Assembly (NCBI GenBank): GCA_016933055.1
Contig: JAFGBS010000031.1
Span: 82,465-114,464, forward strand
Length of the DNA stretch: 32,000 nucleotides
Source of the DNA: Promethearchaeota archaeon
GTDB lineage: Archaea > Asgardarchaeota > Lokiarchaeia > Sigyniarchaeales > Promethearchaeaceae
Reading direction: 5' to 3'
Position 1 is the stretch's first letter. Each line of letters starts with the position of its first letter. The notes beneath the pieces were generated by a model. The model ran no database searches. It was not told the DNA's origin and saw nothing but the letters and a program-made list of their open reading frames with translations. Positions 8,970-18,031 of the stretch are shown here, one piece after another. The position numbers and the translations under genes were made by a program.

Positions 8970-10028
8970 TTAGTATAGTTTTTTCCAATCTAAATATTTC
9001 TGCGCTTGTTCTTTGCACAAATCCGTTTCACCTTGTTGGATTTGGATGCGCACATTTTGGATATTCATTGCAGTTGTATAAGTATCTGTCGATACAAGGA
9101 TGATAGGAATTCCTTCTTCTTCTGCTTTAGCCAATGCTTGTACTTCTGGTTGCAAATTTCCTGTAAGAACTATCAAAGAAACCCCCAATTCGATTGCTGT
9201 GAGTATAATATCCGATCGGTCCCCACCTGTGATCACACCTAGATTTTGGGATTTTCGCATGTAGGTAATAGCATCGTTACATTGCATCGCCCCAATAATG
9301 AAACGCTCTACCCGATTGTCTTTTACAACATTAATTTCTTCTGTAAGAAGCTTTCCCCCAGTCGCTTCTAATACTTCACCTACTGTGGGTGAGGATAATA
9401 ATTTCGATTGAGGAATAACCCCCAACAAAGGTACATTTCTTCGTTGGAATATTTGTTCATATTTTTCTTTAATTTTGGTTAGTTGTAGATCGGTCATATT
9501 TGTTAAAATAATTCCCTTTAGATCTAATTCATTCCGATTGATTTCTTCCAAAGCCATAATAATTTTATCTAAATCACTATCATCTTTGCACATGGAAACT
9601 AAAACCACAGGGGACTCCAGTAATTTCGCAAGTTGGGGGTCATCTAAACCAAGCGAATGAAATTGGGTATAGTCATGGTTTCCTTCGATGAACAAAATAT
9701 CCGTTTTCGAAGCCATTTCTTCAAAAGCATCCTTTATGAGTTCTTGTACTCCTTTTACCTTATCAAATGGAATTTCATCCAAAAAAGCAGTCGGAGAAAT
9801 GAAAATCGGACAAATTTCCTCTCTGGAATATTTCCGATCCAGCATACGATGAATCACATTGACATCCTTGTCTGCTTTAGTGACTTTCACATCAGAAAAG
9901 GGGTCTCCTATGGGTTTAAAATAACCGGAATTCATTCCGTCTTCTTTAAACACAAGAAACAATCCAATACTAACGGCAGTTTTGCCGGAAGCAGACGCAG
10001 TCGACATTATATAGATTGATTTTGACAT
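8970..10028 (-). CDS. BioD-like/DRTGG protein (stand-alone Pta N-terminal regulatory-like module, no catalytic PTA domain)
   Basis: STASASGKT P-loop, YFKPIG, IEG, and DRTGG-type ITGGDRSD...LTG. Start reassigned to ATG 10028 (or 10034) to avoid overlap with the ACD gene. Confidence 0.82.
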   Translation of the reverse strand: MSKSIYIMSTASASGKTAVSIGLFLVFKEDGMNSGYFKPIGDPFSDVKVTKADKDVNVIHRMLDRKYSREEICPIFISPTAFLDEIPFDKVKGVQELIKDAFEEMASKTDILFIEGNHDYTQFHSLGLDDPQLAKLLESPVVLVSMCKDDSDLDKIIMALEEINRNELDLKGIILTNMTDLQLTKIKEKYEQIFQRRNVPLLGVIPQSKLLSSPTVGEVLEATGGKLLTEEINVVKDNRVERFIIGAMQCNDAITYMRKSQNLGVITGGDRSDIILTAIELGVSLIVLTGNLQPEVQALAKAEEEGIPIILVSTDTYTTAMNIQNVRIQIQQGETDLCKEQAQKYLDWKKLY

Positions 10029-10056
10029 TTTCATTCCAATTTTTCTAATTTTAATT

Positions 10057-12207
10057 TTACTTCTTTTTCTGTTTAATAGTAATTTTAATATCCACAGCGC
10101 TATAAGCGTCGTGTTCAGGACTTTCCTCAAAAACTAAAAGAGGATTTATATCCAATTCAACGATCTGGGGAAAATCATGTACTAATTGCGAAATTCGAAC
10201 TAGGACATTTAATATAGCCTCTATGTCCGAGGGAGGTTCCCCCCTTACTCCTTTGAGTATGTTATATATTTTGGTTTTGCTCAATTGAGCGATAGCTTCC
10301 TCTTTATCATATTTGTAAGCTAAATCGAAAGAAACATCTTTCAAGAAATTAGTATATATACCCCCGGTCCCCACCATTAGTAATGGTCCCCATTGGGGAT
10401 CTCGGGTCATTCCAAGAATCATCTGGGTGGATTTCTTAAAAGATTCCGTCTGAACCATTTCTTGCAGCTCAATTCCATAAATTTTCGCGTTCAGAGGGCC
10501 ATATTTCTGAACGTTATTTATTATTCTTACAAAAGCGTCCCTAGCTTGTTGTTCATCCTTAACATTAAGAATAACACCCCCACAATCGGTTTTATGAATA
10601 ATATCCGGGGATACGACCTTCATAACTAACGGAAATCCAATTTTGGTGGAGAGTTTTTCTGCTTCACTTGGACTTTTTGCAATATACGTTTTGGGATTTT
10701 TAATTCCATATAATCGAAAGATTTCACTTGTTTCTGATGATAGTAGTACATTTCTGCCATCGATTTGTGCATTATCAAAAATCTCTGAAATCCTTTCCGT
10801 TGAAATTCTGTAACGAGCGATTTTTTTCGAATTGATGTTGGGTTTTTTCTGATTTTCCACGTACTCACAAATAAATTTTATAGCTTTTATTGCTTGCTCG
10901 GGGAATTCATAGCACGGAATAGTGGAGTCTTGAAGATGATTTATAGGTTTCACCATCGAGGATCCTCCCATAAATGAAGCAACGATTAATTTTTGAGGGA
11001 ATTTTTCTTGGATTTCCTTCAATACTTGAGCAACTCCTAATGGTTTCGTTTGAGCTTGAGGTGTAACTAAGATTAATGCACCGGCACAGATTGCATTTTC
11101 CTCTTGAAACACCGTTTCTAAGGCAATCCGATATCGTTCTGGGGGTGCATCTCCGATGATGTCAACTGGATTATATACTGCAGCTTCGGGAGGCAATCTT
11201 ACTCGTAATAATTCAGTTATCCGACTTGAAAGTCGTGACAATCCTACATTATAGGCTTCAAATGCATCTGTTGCAACGATTCCGGGACCTCCAGCATTGG
11301 TAACAATTACAAAATGATTTCCTTTTGGTAGAGATGCCCGATCAAATATTCGAGCCATATCAAATAAATCTGTCATTGTTTTTGCTCGAATTACTCCGCA
11401 CTTCTCAAATGCAATCGAAAAAGCTATATCATTTCCCGCAAGAGCACCTGTATGACTGGAAGCTGCTCGGGAACCCGCTTCGGAGATTCCGGATTTTAAG
11501 ATAATTACTGGTTTTTTATGAACAGCATCTGGCACTATTTTGAGGAATTTTTGTCCATCATTAACGCTTTCCAAATATAGAAGAATGATTTTAGTATCGG
11601 GATCATTAGCTAATTCTTCAATTAAATCAGTCTCATCAACATCAACTTTATTCCCCATCGAGATGAAATTAGAAAAACCCATATCTTGAGTTTCAGCCCA
11701 GTCTAAAATAGCGGTTAACATAGCTCCGGACTGAGATACCACAGCGATATTCCCTTTTTTAGGACTTATGGCTGAAAATGTCCCATTATAATACGGAGAA
11801 ACAATTCCTAAACAATTGGGACCAATAATACGAATTTCATGTTGTTGGGAAATCTCCTTGAGTTCTTTTTCATATAAAGCTCCTTGCCCCCCTACTTCTT
11901 TAAATCCAGCACTGATAATAATTAATCCTTTTATTTCTAATTTGACGCACTCCTTTACCACATCCAATACGAATTTAGCTGGAATGCAGATTATCGCGAT
12001 ATCAACTGAATCTTTTACATCCGAAATGGAGGCATAGGCTTTGTATCCACAGATTTCATCTTTAGTCGGATTGATGGGATAAACATTTCCTTTAAACGTG
12101 GAGATAATATTATGAAAAACCGAGTTTCCCACCTTCCCTGGGGATTCACTAGCACCTATCACCGCAATACTCTTAGGTTTTAAAAAGAACGATAGCTTTC
12201 TCTTCAT
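10057..12207 (-). CDS. acdAB: ADP-forming acetate/acyl-CoA ligase (ACD), fused alpha-beta
   Basis: CoA-binding PKSIAVIGAS/YPINP, IIGPNCLG, SQSGA, GNK.D, phospho-His SSHTGALAG, TNAGGPG, NPVDIIGDA, ATP-grasp PDIIHKTD.GGV and ELDINPL. No GNAT domain. Confidence 0.9.
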   Translation of the reverse strand: MKRKLSFFLKPKSIAVIGASESPGKVGNSVFHNIISTFKGNVYPINPTKDEICGYKAYASISDVKDSVDIAIICIPAKFVLDVVKECVKLEIKGLIIISAGFKEVGGQGALYEKELKEISQQHEIRIIGPNCLGIVSPYYNGTFSAISPKKGNIAVVSQSGAMLTAILDWAETQDMGFSNFISMGNKVDVDETDLIEELANDPDTKIILLYLESVNDGQKFLKIVPDAVHKKPVIILKSGISEAGSRAASSHTGALAGNDIAFSIAFEKCGVIRAKTMTDLFDMARIFDRASLPKGNHFVIVTNAGGPGIVATDAFEAYNVGLSRLSSRITELLRVRLPPEAAVYNPVDIIGDAPPERYRIALETVFQEENAICAGALILVTPQAQTKPLGVAQVLKEIQEKFPQKLIVASFMGGSSMVKPINHLQDSTIPCYEFPEQAIKAIKFICEYVENQKKPNINSKKIARYRISTERISEIFDNAQIDGRNVLLSSETSEIFRLYGIKNPKTYIAKSPSEAEKLSTKIGFPLVMKVVSPDIIHKTDCGGVILNVKDEQQARDAFVRIINNVQKYGPLNAKIYGIELQEMVQTESFKKSTQMILGMTRDPQWGPLLMVGTGGIYTNFLKDVSFDLAYKYDKEEAIAQLSKTKIYNILKGVRGEPPSDIEAILNVLVRISQLVHDFPQIVELDINPLLVFEESPEHDAYSAVDIKITIKQKKK

Positions 12208-12244
12208 TTTTTAGCCTCAAGTCACCCGGATTGGCTGGAACATG

Positions 12245-12274
12245 CATGAATAAAATTCATGAATTTATATATAA
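12245..12274. promoter_or_regulatory. Overlapping palindromes plus a palindromic TATA-like box in the divergent acd / kaiC-like intergenic region
   Basis: CATGAAT-AAA-ATTCATG (12245-12261), perfect 14-bp AAATTCATGAATTT (12253-12266), TTATATATAA (12265-12274). Confidence 0.55.
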
Positions 12275-12370
12275 CAACACATCTCGTACTTTAAAAGATT
12301 TTTTGCAAGATATTTTAGGAAAGAAAGCTTTTTTAACTCCAACTATTCATTCATTTCGCAGCGGATCAAA

Positions 12371-13078
12371 ATGCAAACACAACGTATAAAAACTGGAGTT
12401 TTTGGTTTAGATGAACTTATTGAGGGAGGATTACCGAAAGATTCGATTACATTAGTATCTGGAAATTCTGGAACGGGTAAAACAACTTTATCTCTGCAAT
12501 TCTTATATAATGGGATAAAACAATTTGAAGAACCTGGAATTTATATCGGATTAAGCGAGAATATACATCGCATTTCACTTGCTGCAGAGCGATTTCATAT
12601 GAATTTGGAGCAATTTTCTCGGGATGATAATCTTGTATTTTCTGATATTCCGGCATTAGAAATCTCTGAAATCACTAAAATCGTGAAATCAATCGATGAT
12701 AAATATAAACGGTTGGTAATCGATCCTATTTCCGCATTAACTTTTAAGTATGAAGCAGATGTGACCATGCGGGAAAAAATCCGAGAACTTGTCGAATTAA
12801 TCCGAGAGAAGGAAATAACGGCAATTATCACCACAGAATTATTAGAAAATTCAAATACCATATCTCGATTTGGTGAGGAGTTTCTATCTGATGTCGTTAT
12901 CGTTCTATATTATTTTCGTGAAGGAGCGCGACGATTCAGAGGAATTGAGATACGAAAAGCAAGATTGACCAATCATTCCGAACAGATACATCTGTATAAA
13001 ATTAGTTCACGTAATCCATTAGAAACAGGTATTCCCTGTGGAATTCAAGTATTTCCAAATGAAAAAGTCTTCAGTTAA
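12371..13078 (+). CDS. Single-domain KaiC-like/RAD55-family RecA-superfamily ATPase
   Basis: IKTGVFGLDELIEGGLP, Walker A GNSGTGKTT, Walker B LVIDPIS, and DVVIVL...RGIEIRKAR. Confidence 0.85.
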   Translation: MQTQRIKTGVFGLDELIEGGLPKDSITLVSGNSGTGKTTLSLQFLYNGIKQFEEPGIYIGLSENIHRISLAAERFHMNLEQFSRDDNLVFSDIPALEISEITKIVKSIDDKYKRLVIDPISALTFKYEADVTMREKIRELVELIREKEITAIITTELLENSNTISRFGEEFLSDVVIVLYYFREGARRFRGIEIRKARLTNHSEQIHLYKISSRNPLETGIPCGIQVFPNEKVFS

Positions 13079-13082
13079 ATGA

Positions 13083-13823
13083 TCACTCAGGATATATAGC
13101 AATTCCATACTTTTCTAAGTCTTTGTCATCGAAATTATCCGGATACTTACTGAAAAATTCTGATAAATTCCTTTTTTCCAAGCAATCTAATATAAGAACG
13201 GGAATATTATATTTCAAAATTAAAGAAGGAAGCATAGGATCTACTAAGCCCTTTCCTAAATTTCCAAAATACCCCATTATCTTAATGTGATCCCATAATT
13301 TAGATGCCTTTATTTCTTTTATTTCTTCATTATTGATTGTAAGATATGGTTGACGTTTAATCAGGATACAAAGGGGAGAGTTTAGCAGATTTCCATAATA
13401 CAGAGCAATAGAATCTGAGGAGACTTGCCATGAATGAGATAATGCGTCTCTTTTTTTGAAGTCCTTGTACAAATTGAAAAATTGCACGTTTTTGTACTTG
13501 TATTTCACCCTATCTAATTGTGTTACTAGATGAGAATTGGATTTTCTGAATAATAGATCCACTTGAGATTTTATGAATTTTGCATTTTGTCCCATGATTT
13601 TAATAGCCTTCCAGTGATATGTGCTTTCATTCTTGAACGCTTGAGGATCTAGTCTGTATTGGGACCGCAATTCATTACATCTCCTCCCTCCGCCTGCAAT
13701 TATCACATATATAGTCTGCGGATTCACATTTGGCATAAATCCGTTCAAAACTGAATGTAGAATTGAATTATTTTCGAAAACCTCACCCCCAATTTTGAGA
13801 ACAAGATATTCGTCAGCTTTCAT
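13083..13823 (-). CDS. mfnE: Amino-acid-kinase-family protein, MfnE-like (methanofuran biosynthesis kinase)
   Basis: VLKIGG, IAGGG, YHWKAI..M, LSHSWQVSSDSIA, VDP motifs. TGATG overlap with the mfnF-like gene. Confidence 0.7.
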   Translation of the reverse strand: MKADEYLVLKIGGEVFENNSILHSVLNGFMPNVNPQTIYVIIAGGGRRCNELRSQYRLDPQAFKNESTYHWKAIKIMGQNAKFIKSQVDLLFRKSNSHLVTQLDRVKYKYKNVQFFNLYKDFKKRDALSHSWQVSSDSIALYYGNLLNSPLCILIKRQPYLTINNEEIKEIKASKLWDHIKIMGYFGNLGKGLVDPMLPSLILKYNIPVLILDCLEKRNLSEFFSKYPDNFDDKDLEKYGIAIYPE

Positions 13824-15109
13824 CAACTCACCTGATCTGACAATAATTCATGTTGAACTATCTGTTTAAGGAACACAATACCTAAGCAAATCGCTGTAGA
13901 TAATACATGTTCTTGTTCGGATAGAGATTTAAAGAATATTTGATTTTCATGGATATTCAATTCTCGCAATGCGGGGATCAATAGAATTTTAGCACCTAAA
14001 CCTGTGACATTAAAGCGAATTTTGGAAACTGGTATCAAGAATCTTCTGATGAAATGGTTAATTGAACGGCGAATTGCTTCTTGAACCATTTCTTTTTGGG
14101 ATGTATAGATGTATTGTGCCATCTCCTCAATTTCGTGTTGTTGAATAAGATTTATATCTCCGCATATGATTCGAGCCAATCGAGCAAAACACTCTTCAAT
14201 CGATTTACCTCTTCCATCTGCAGTGTCACACGAATATTCTCTCTCTGTTATCATTCCCAATACAGTATACACATCCGCCATGATCGCAAATTCTTCGAAG
14301 GAAATGGGGCATAGAGAATTTCGAAATGGAACATGTCGAACTATTGATGCAATTGGGGGGCGAAGAATTCCCGTGTAAAATAGTTCGTAATTTAACATCC
14401 GATCTACATCATTCTTTCCTATGGGAACGGGTTTTCCATCTTTTATTGGAATTATATCTGTTGTGGTTGTTCCCATATCTAATAACATACCTAATCGTTC
14501 CCGTTCGCCAAAAACAAGACTGGGTGCAATCCAATTAGATGCAGAAACGGAAAGATAATCCTCTAAAGCTTCTTTCACGGAAATAAATTCCGCATTTACG
14601 TTAATCACGTGTATAAAATTAGGATTGAACACTTCTTGGAGTTGCTCGCAAATTAATTTTATGCCTTCTTGCTTTGTGGAGAATGCATCACTCAATTCTG
14701 CTGTAATAGTAACTGCTATATCATAAGAAACAGAAATTGCATTAGCTAGTTCTTTTTTTGTTTTCCTGAATATCCCATTTGTACGTTGGTAGAATTTTTC
14801 CGTGTTGACCAATTTAAGAGAACATATAGATGGATATTGTTGGGATACGTGATTTAAGAGTTTTTTTTCGGTATTAGATTGTAAAATTTTAAGAACTTTC
14901 ATAAAATCTTGCCGCTTTCGTTCCCAAAATGGAAAATATTGTGTAGAATAAAATAACGAAGAGGAAAAATTTAGAATATTCCCGTAATGATCAAGATTTA
15001 GCGGTTCTGATTGGGATTTATACTCGGATAGATCCAAACACAAAAATGACGTTTTTGTATTTGCACCTCCTATATCCAAACTTAAAATAAACTTACATGT
15101 CTCAAGCAT
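13823..15109 (-). CDS. mfnF: MfnF-like hydantoinase/oxoprolinase-family protein (H4MPT/methanofuran-linked C1 pathway)
   Basis: LDIGGANTK, YFPFW, TITAELSD.F.TK.EG, NWIA, LDMGTTTTDIIPI, ELFYTG..R, E.FA..ADVY, CDTADGRGKS.E.C..RLAR.IC.D. Confidence 0.8.
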   Translation of the reverse strand: MLETCKFILSLDIGGANTKTSFLCLDLSEYKSQSEPLNLDHYGNILNFSSSLFYSTQYFPFWERKRQDFMKVLKILQSNTEKKLLNHVSQQYPSICSLKLVNTEKFYQRTNGIFRKTKKELANAISVSYDIAVTITAELSDAFSTKQEGIKLICEQLQEVFNPNFIHVINVNAEFISVKEALEDYLSVSASNWIAPSLVFGERERLGMLLDMGTTTTDIIPIKDGKPVPIGKNDVDRMLNYELFYTGILRPPIASIVRHVPFRNSLCPISFEEFAIMADVYTVLGMITEREYSCDTADGRGKSIEECFARLARIICGDINLIQQHEIEEMAQYIYTSQKEMVQEAIRRSINHFIRRFLIPVSKIRFNVTGLGAKILLIPALRELNIHENQIFFKSLSEQEHVLSTAICLGIVFLKQIVQHELLSDQVS

Positions 15110-15127
15110 TCAAATTCTCTCTGCGAA

Positions 15128-16381
15128 CTATAAATAAATCTGATCCGTGCCATTTCGGCTTTGTCTTATTAAGTTATAAAAACTATCCAATTGGTAATCA
15201 AAGGATAATTCACTGTCTAAATAGGTTGCTAAATATAACAATATTTGGAATTCCATTTCAATCACCCTCTTGGGAGTCAGTTTTATGTCTTCTTGTAGGT
15301 CTGTTTCAGTTTTGAAGAACGATTCTGTTGTTAGCACTCCTCTAGATGTATTAGAGTCCTTTCTTAATACCCGAAATTTATTGGGAAAATAGGAGGATTT
15401 AGATGAAAAATTAAAATGATTTTTACCTTGACTCCTTTGGGTAATCTCAATAGATTCTTCTAAGGTTTTTAGTCGTGAGAGAACCATATCCAAGTTAAAT
15501 TTCCGCTCTAATTGCTTTCGATAGATCTTTTTGATTGCACTGATAAGTTCTTCGGTCTCAGGCACCATTTGTATGTTAGATCCATTTATCATATCAAAAA
15601 AAGGTTCTACAACTTCTTGAGTTATCCATAGGAGAATATTGTCAATCCGATTTTTTTGAATAAACGACGTGTCCGAATAAATAGGAATTTTATTCTTGAT
15701 GCGCTTCTTCATTTGCTCCAAAATTTCCAGAAAGTTATCAAAACGAGTAATGGTTGTGAAATATCCGATAACAGAAGCGGATACGAAATCTCTAGTAATC
15801 TTTTCTAAAACCATTTTATCGAGTTCGGACTCTAAATATTCGGTTAATTCTTTTAAGGTGGCAGTACCGTCTAAAATTTCACGAAAGATTTCAATTAATC
15901 GTATACGAAACTCGTTTACTTCGGCAAAGGAAATTCGAGAAGAGTACAATAAAATTTTAACCACATTCGAGAGAATGAATTTATCCAAGTAGGATAGTAT
16001 TACATAATTTTCGATGGAACCTTCCAATTCTAAATATTGTTCTTGGGGGATTAAGGAAGTATTTTTAATTTGCTCTCGAGAAAAGATATTAAATAATCGC
16101 AATCGAAATAATGACAAGGTTTCCATAATATATTCCTCCATCAACTCATTCACGAACCCGGACTCTTGAATGATCTTTACAAATTTTGATTTGAATACTC
16201 CATGGGAATAATTTTGGAGGATGGAATCCACAAAGAGCGCACATAGATTTTTTTGCATGGATTTTATTTTTTTTTGTTCAACATTACCGGCCGATTCAAG
16301 TATTATTTGAGAAATGGAATCCCATATAATGAAATCGAAGAAATCCCTTATTTCTCTTCTGAATTTAGTCTCACTTAACAT
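15128..16381 (-). CDS. Hypothetical all-helical protein
   Basis: Long ORF (451 aa from 16483; likely start ATG 16381, MLSETKF) with amphipathic helical composition. No motif recognised. Confidence 0.6.
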   Translation of the reverse strand: MLSETKFRREIRDFFDFIIWDSISQIILESAGNVEQKKIKSMQKNLCALFVDSILQNYSHGVFKSKFVKIIQESGFVNELMEEYIMETLSLFRLRLFNIFSREQIKNTSLIPQEQYLELEGSIENYVILSYLDKFILSNVVKILLYSSRISFAEVNEFRIRLIEIFREILDGTATLKELTEYLESELDKMVLEKITRDFVSASVIGYFTTITRFDNFLEILEQMKKRIKNKIPIYSDTSFIQKNRIDNILLWITQEVVEPFFDMINGSNIQMVPETEELISAIKKIYRKQLERKFNLDMVLSRLKTLEESIEITQRSQGKNHFNFSSKSSYFPNKFRVLRKDSNTSRGVLTTESFFKTETDLQEDIKLTPKRVIEMEFQILLYLATYLDSELSFDYQLDSFYNLIRQSRNGTDQIYL

Positions 16382-16509
16382 GCGCGTCTTCTCGTCTTTT
16401 AAACATAAGAAATTATGCAGAATCGAAAATATTAGACTGATTACGATCTTTCTCTTACAGTTATAAAAAAGTACGCCATACATTCGTTTGGAATGTGTTA
16501 ACCCTATTT

Positions 16510-17580
16510 TTATCTAAATTTGGATAGATCTAATTCGAATAGTCCGTGGTCTTTAATCACATCTAATATTTTTTCAATTAATAACTCAAGATTTTTTTTA
16601 TCTTTAGCATTGGTTCGTATTATAGATAGATTTCCTATTTCTGGCTCAATTTTTTTCTGGAGTTCTTCCATTTCTTCATCTGTTGCAAGATCCATTTTAT
16701 TGAATATAATTATGCAAGGCACACCCACCTTATTGATGAATTCATGCAAGATTTCTTTGAATAAGGATATTTGATGATGTATTGAATAACCTGATGTTTT
16801 CGACGGATCAAAGATAAAGATGATAATATTGGAAATTGTTCGCAATGCCAGTATCGCTTTTTTCTCAATATGATTACGTTCGATCATCGGTCGGTCTAAA
16901 ATTCCTGGTGTATCAATCAACTGGAATAATTTAGTGTCTTGGGCATCTTTATATAATCCTATGATTATCTCTTTGGTGGTGAAAGGGTATTCTCTGATTT
17001 GAGGTTTGGCAGTCGAAATAGCCCTAACCAGGCTTGATTTTCCTACGTTAGGGTAACCCGCAATAACTGCTGCTGGAAGCTCCGTATCAATTACTGGGAT
17101 AGACTTTAATTGCCTTCGGGCCTTTTCTAAATATTCCAATGTATTTTTCTGTGCTTTAATGACGGATGCAACCCGTGCATAATATTGTCTTCGCACTATA
17201 CTACATTGATTTGAGCTGGTTTGCTGGTTAATTTCCCGAATTTTTGAGGATAATAATTTCTGCAAGACAGGAATTATTCCATTCAATCGTCCCAGATTAT
17301 TTTTTAAAATCTCTTTATCTACTAAAAGATGACTTAATTCTTGGTAAAAAGGATGTAATTCATCTAAATTGGGAACAGATTGGATGATATTTTTAATCCG
17401 ATTTACAATATAGGAATTAACATTTTGAATTCGATTTACTTCATTTCTTTTTGCTTTTAAAACATTATCAAAGCGTTGAGGAATTGGGGCAGTTTTTTTT
17501 GAGCTACGACCGAATGCAATGTCAATGAGTTCTTCTGCGCTAGGAACTGGATAAAAATTTTCAAAAGGATTCTTTGCCAT
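16510..17580 (-). CDS. nog1: NOG1-family (Obg/DRG-like) GTPase, large ribosomal subunit biogenesis
   Basis: N-terminal helical NOG1 region (ELIDIAF.R...LHPFY.EL), G1 AGYPNVGKSSL, G2 YPFTTK, G3 DTPG, G4 NKMD. Start ATG 17580 or 17592. Confidence 0.9.
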   Translation of the reverse strand: MAKNPFENFYPVPSAEELIDIAFGRSSKKTAPIPQRFDNVLKAKRNEVNRIQNVNSYIVNRIKNIIQSVPNLDELHPFYQELSHLLVDKEILKNNLGRLNGIIPVLQKLLSSKIREINQQTSSNQCSIVRRQYYARVASVIKAQKNTLEYLEKARRQLKSIPVIDTELPAAVIAGYPNVGKSSLVRAISTAKPQIREYPFTTKEIIIGLYKDAQDTKLFQLIDTPGILDRPMIERNHIEKKAILALRTISNIIIFIFDPSKTSGYSIHHQISLFKEILHEFINKVGVPCIIIFNKMDLATDEEMEELQKKIEPEIGNLSIIRTNAKDKKNLELLIEKILDVIKDHGLFELDLSKFR

Positions 17581-17863
17581 TGGTGGATGCACCGGTCACA
17601 CGTTTTATATATAGAATTTGGTTTGTTTGCTCGTTGAAAATCTTTTCTATTCTGTGAAAGGGAATCCGAATTCTTTCTTGAATCGCAGAATTCCAATATT
17701 CAAATGAATCCGAATGGATTTCGAGTAAATTTTCAAATGCAATAATTAAATAATCTTTAGGGACCCCCCGATGTGTATATTGAATCATGACATGAGTTTT
17801 TTGGCTGGAATACTTGGGGTCCCATTTGATTTGATTTAGTAATTCACGAATTGTCAGCAACAA
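17561..17863 (-). CDS. DUF504 (MJ1316-like RNA-end-recognition domain) protein
   Basis: IRELLNQIKWDP, I.Y.HRG and IPFHRIEKI motifs. Confidence 0.8.
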   Translation of the reverse strand: MLLTIRELLNQIKWDPKYSSQKTHVMIQYTHRGVPKDYLIIAFENLLEIHSDSFEYWNSAIQERIRIPFHRIEKIFNEQTNQILYIKRVTGASTNGKESF

Positions 17864-18001
17864 TCCCCCAAGTCCATGAGCTACAGTTCATAATTTGATA
17901 GTTGTATAACTTTTAAATTATATTATTTTACACCATCAACTTATTATTTTAACGATATAAGGGTAGTTTTTATTAATATTTTTCAGCAACACGTTTTTAA
18001 T

Positions 18002-18027
18002 TTTCAACACTTTTGTAAATATTGAAA
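18002..18027. promoter_or_regulatory. Imperfect inverted repeat immediately upstream of the ArsR gene (candidate autoregulatory operator)
   Basis: TTTCAACACTT-TTGT-AAATATTGAAA: 9 of 11 arm positions are complementary; ends 4 nt before the ATG at 18032. Confidence 0.45.
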
Positions 18028-18031
18028 TATA

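Noticed and set aside
8970-10130. Extended N-terminus of the DRTGG ORF as listed in the track
   Set aside because: It overlaps the acd 3' end by 74 nt, and family similarity begins at MSKSIYI (10028). Similar over-extended starts were trimmed at 2644, 4695, 16483 and 24291.
12371-13078. Circadian clock KaiC
   Set aside because: Single domain only. The segment matching the KaiC Ser/Thr phosphosites reads GEEFLSD, and there is no kaiB or kaiA nearby. It fits ordinary archaeal KaiC-like ATPases.
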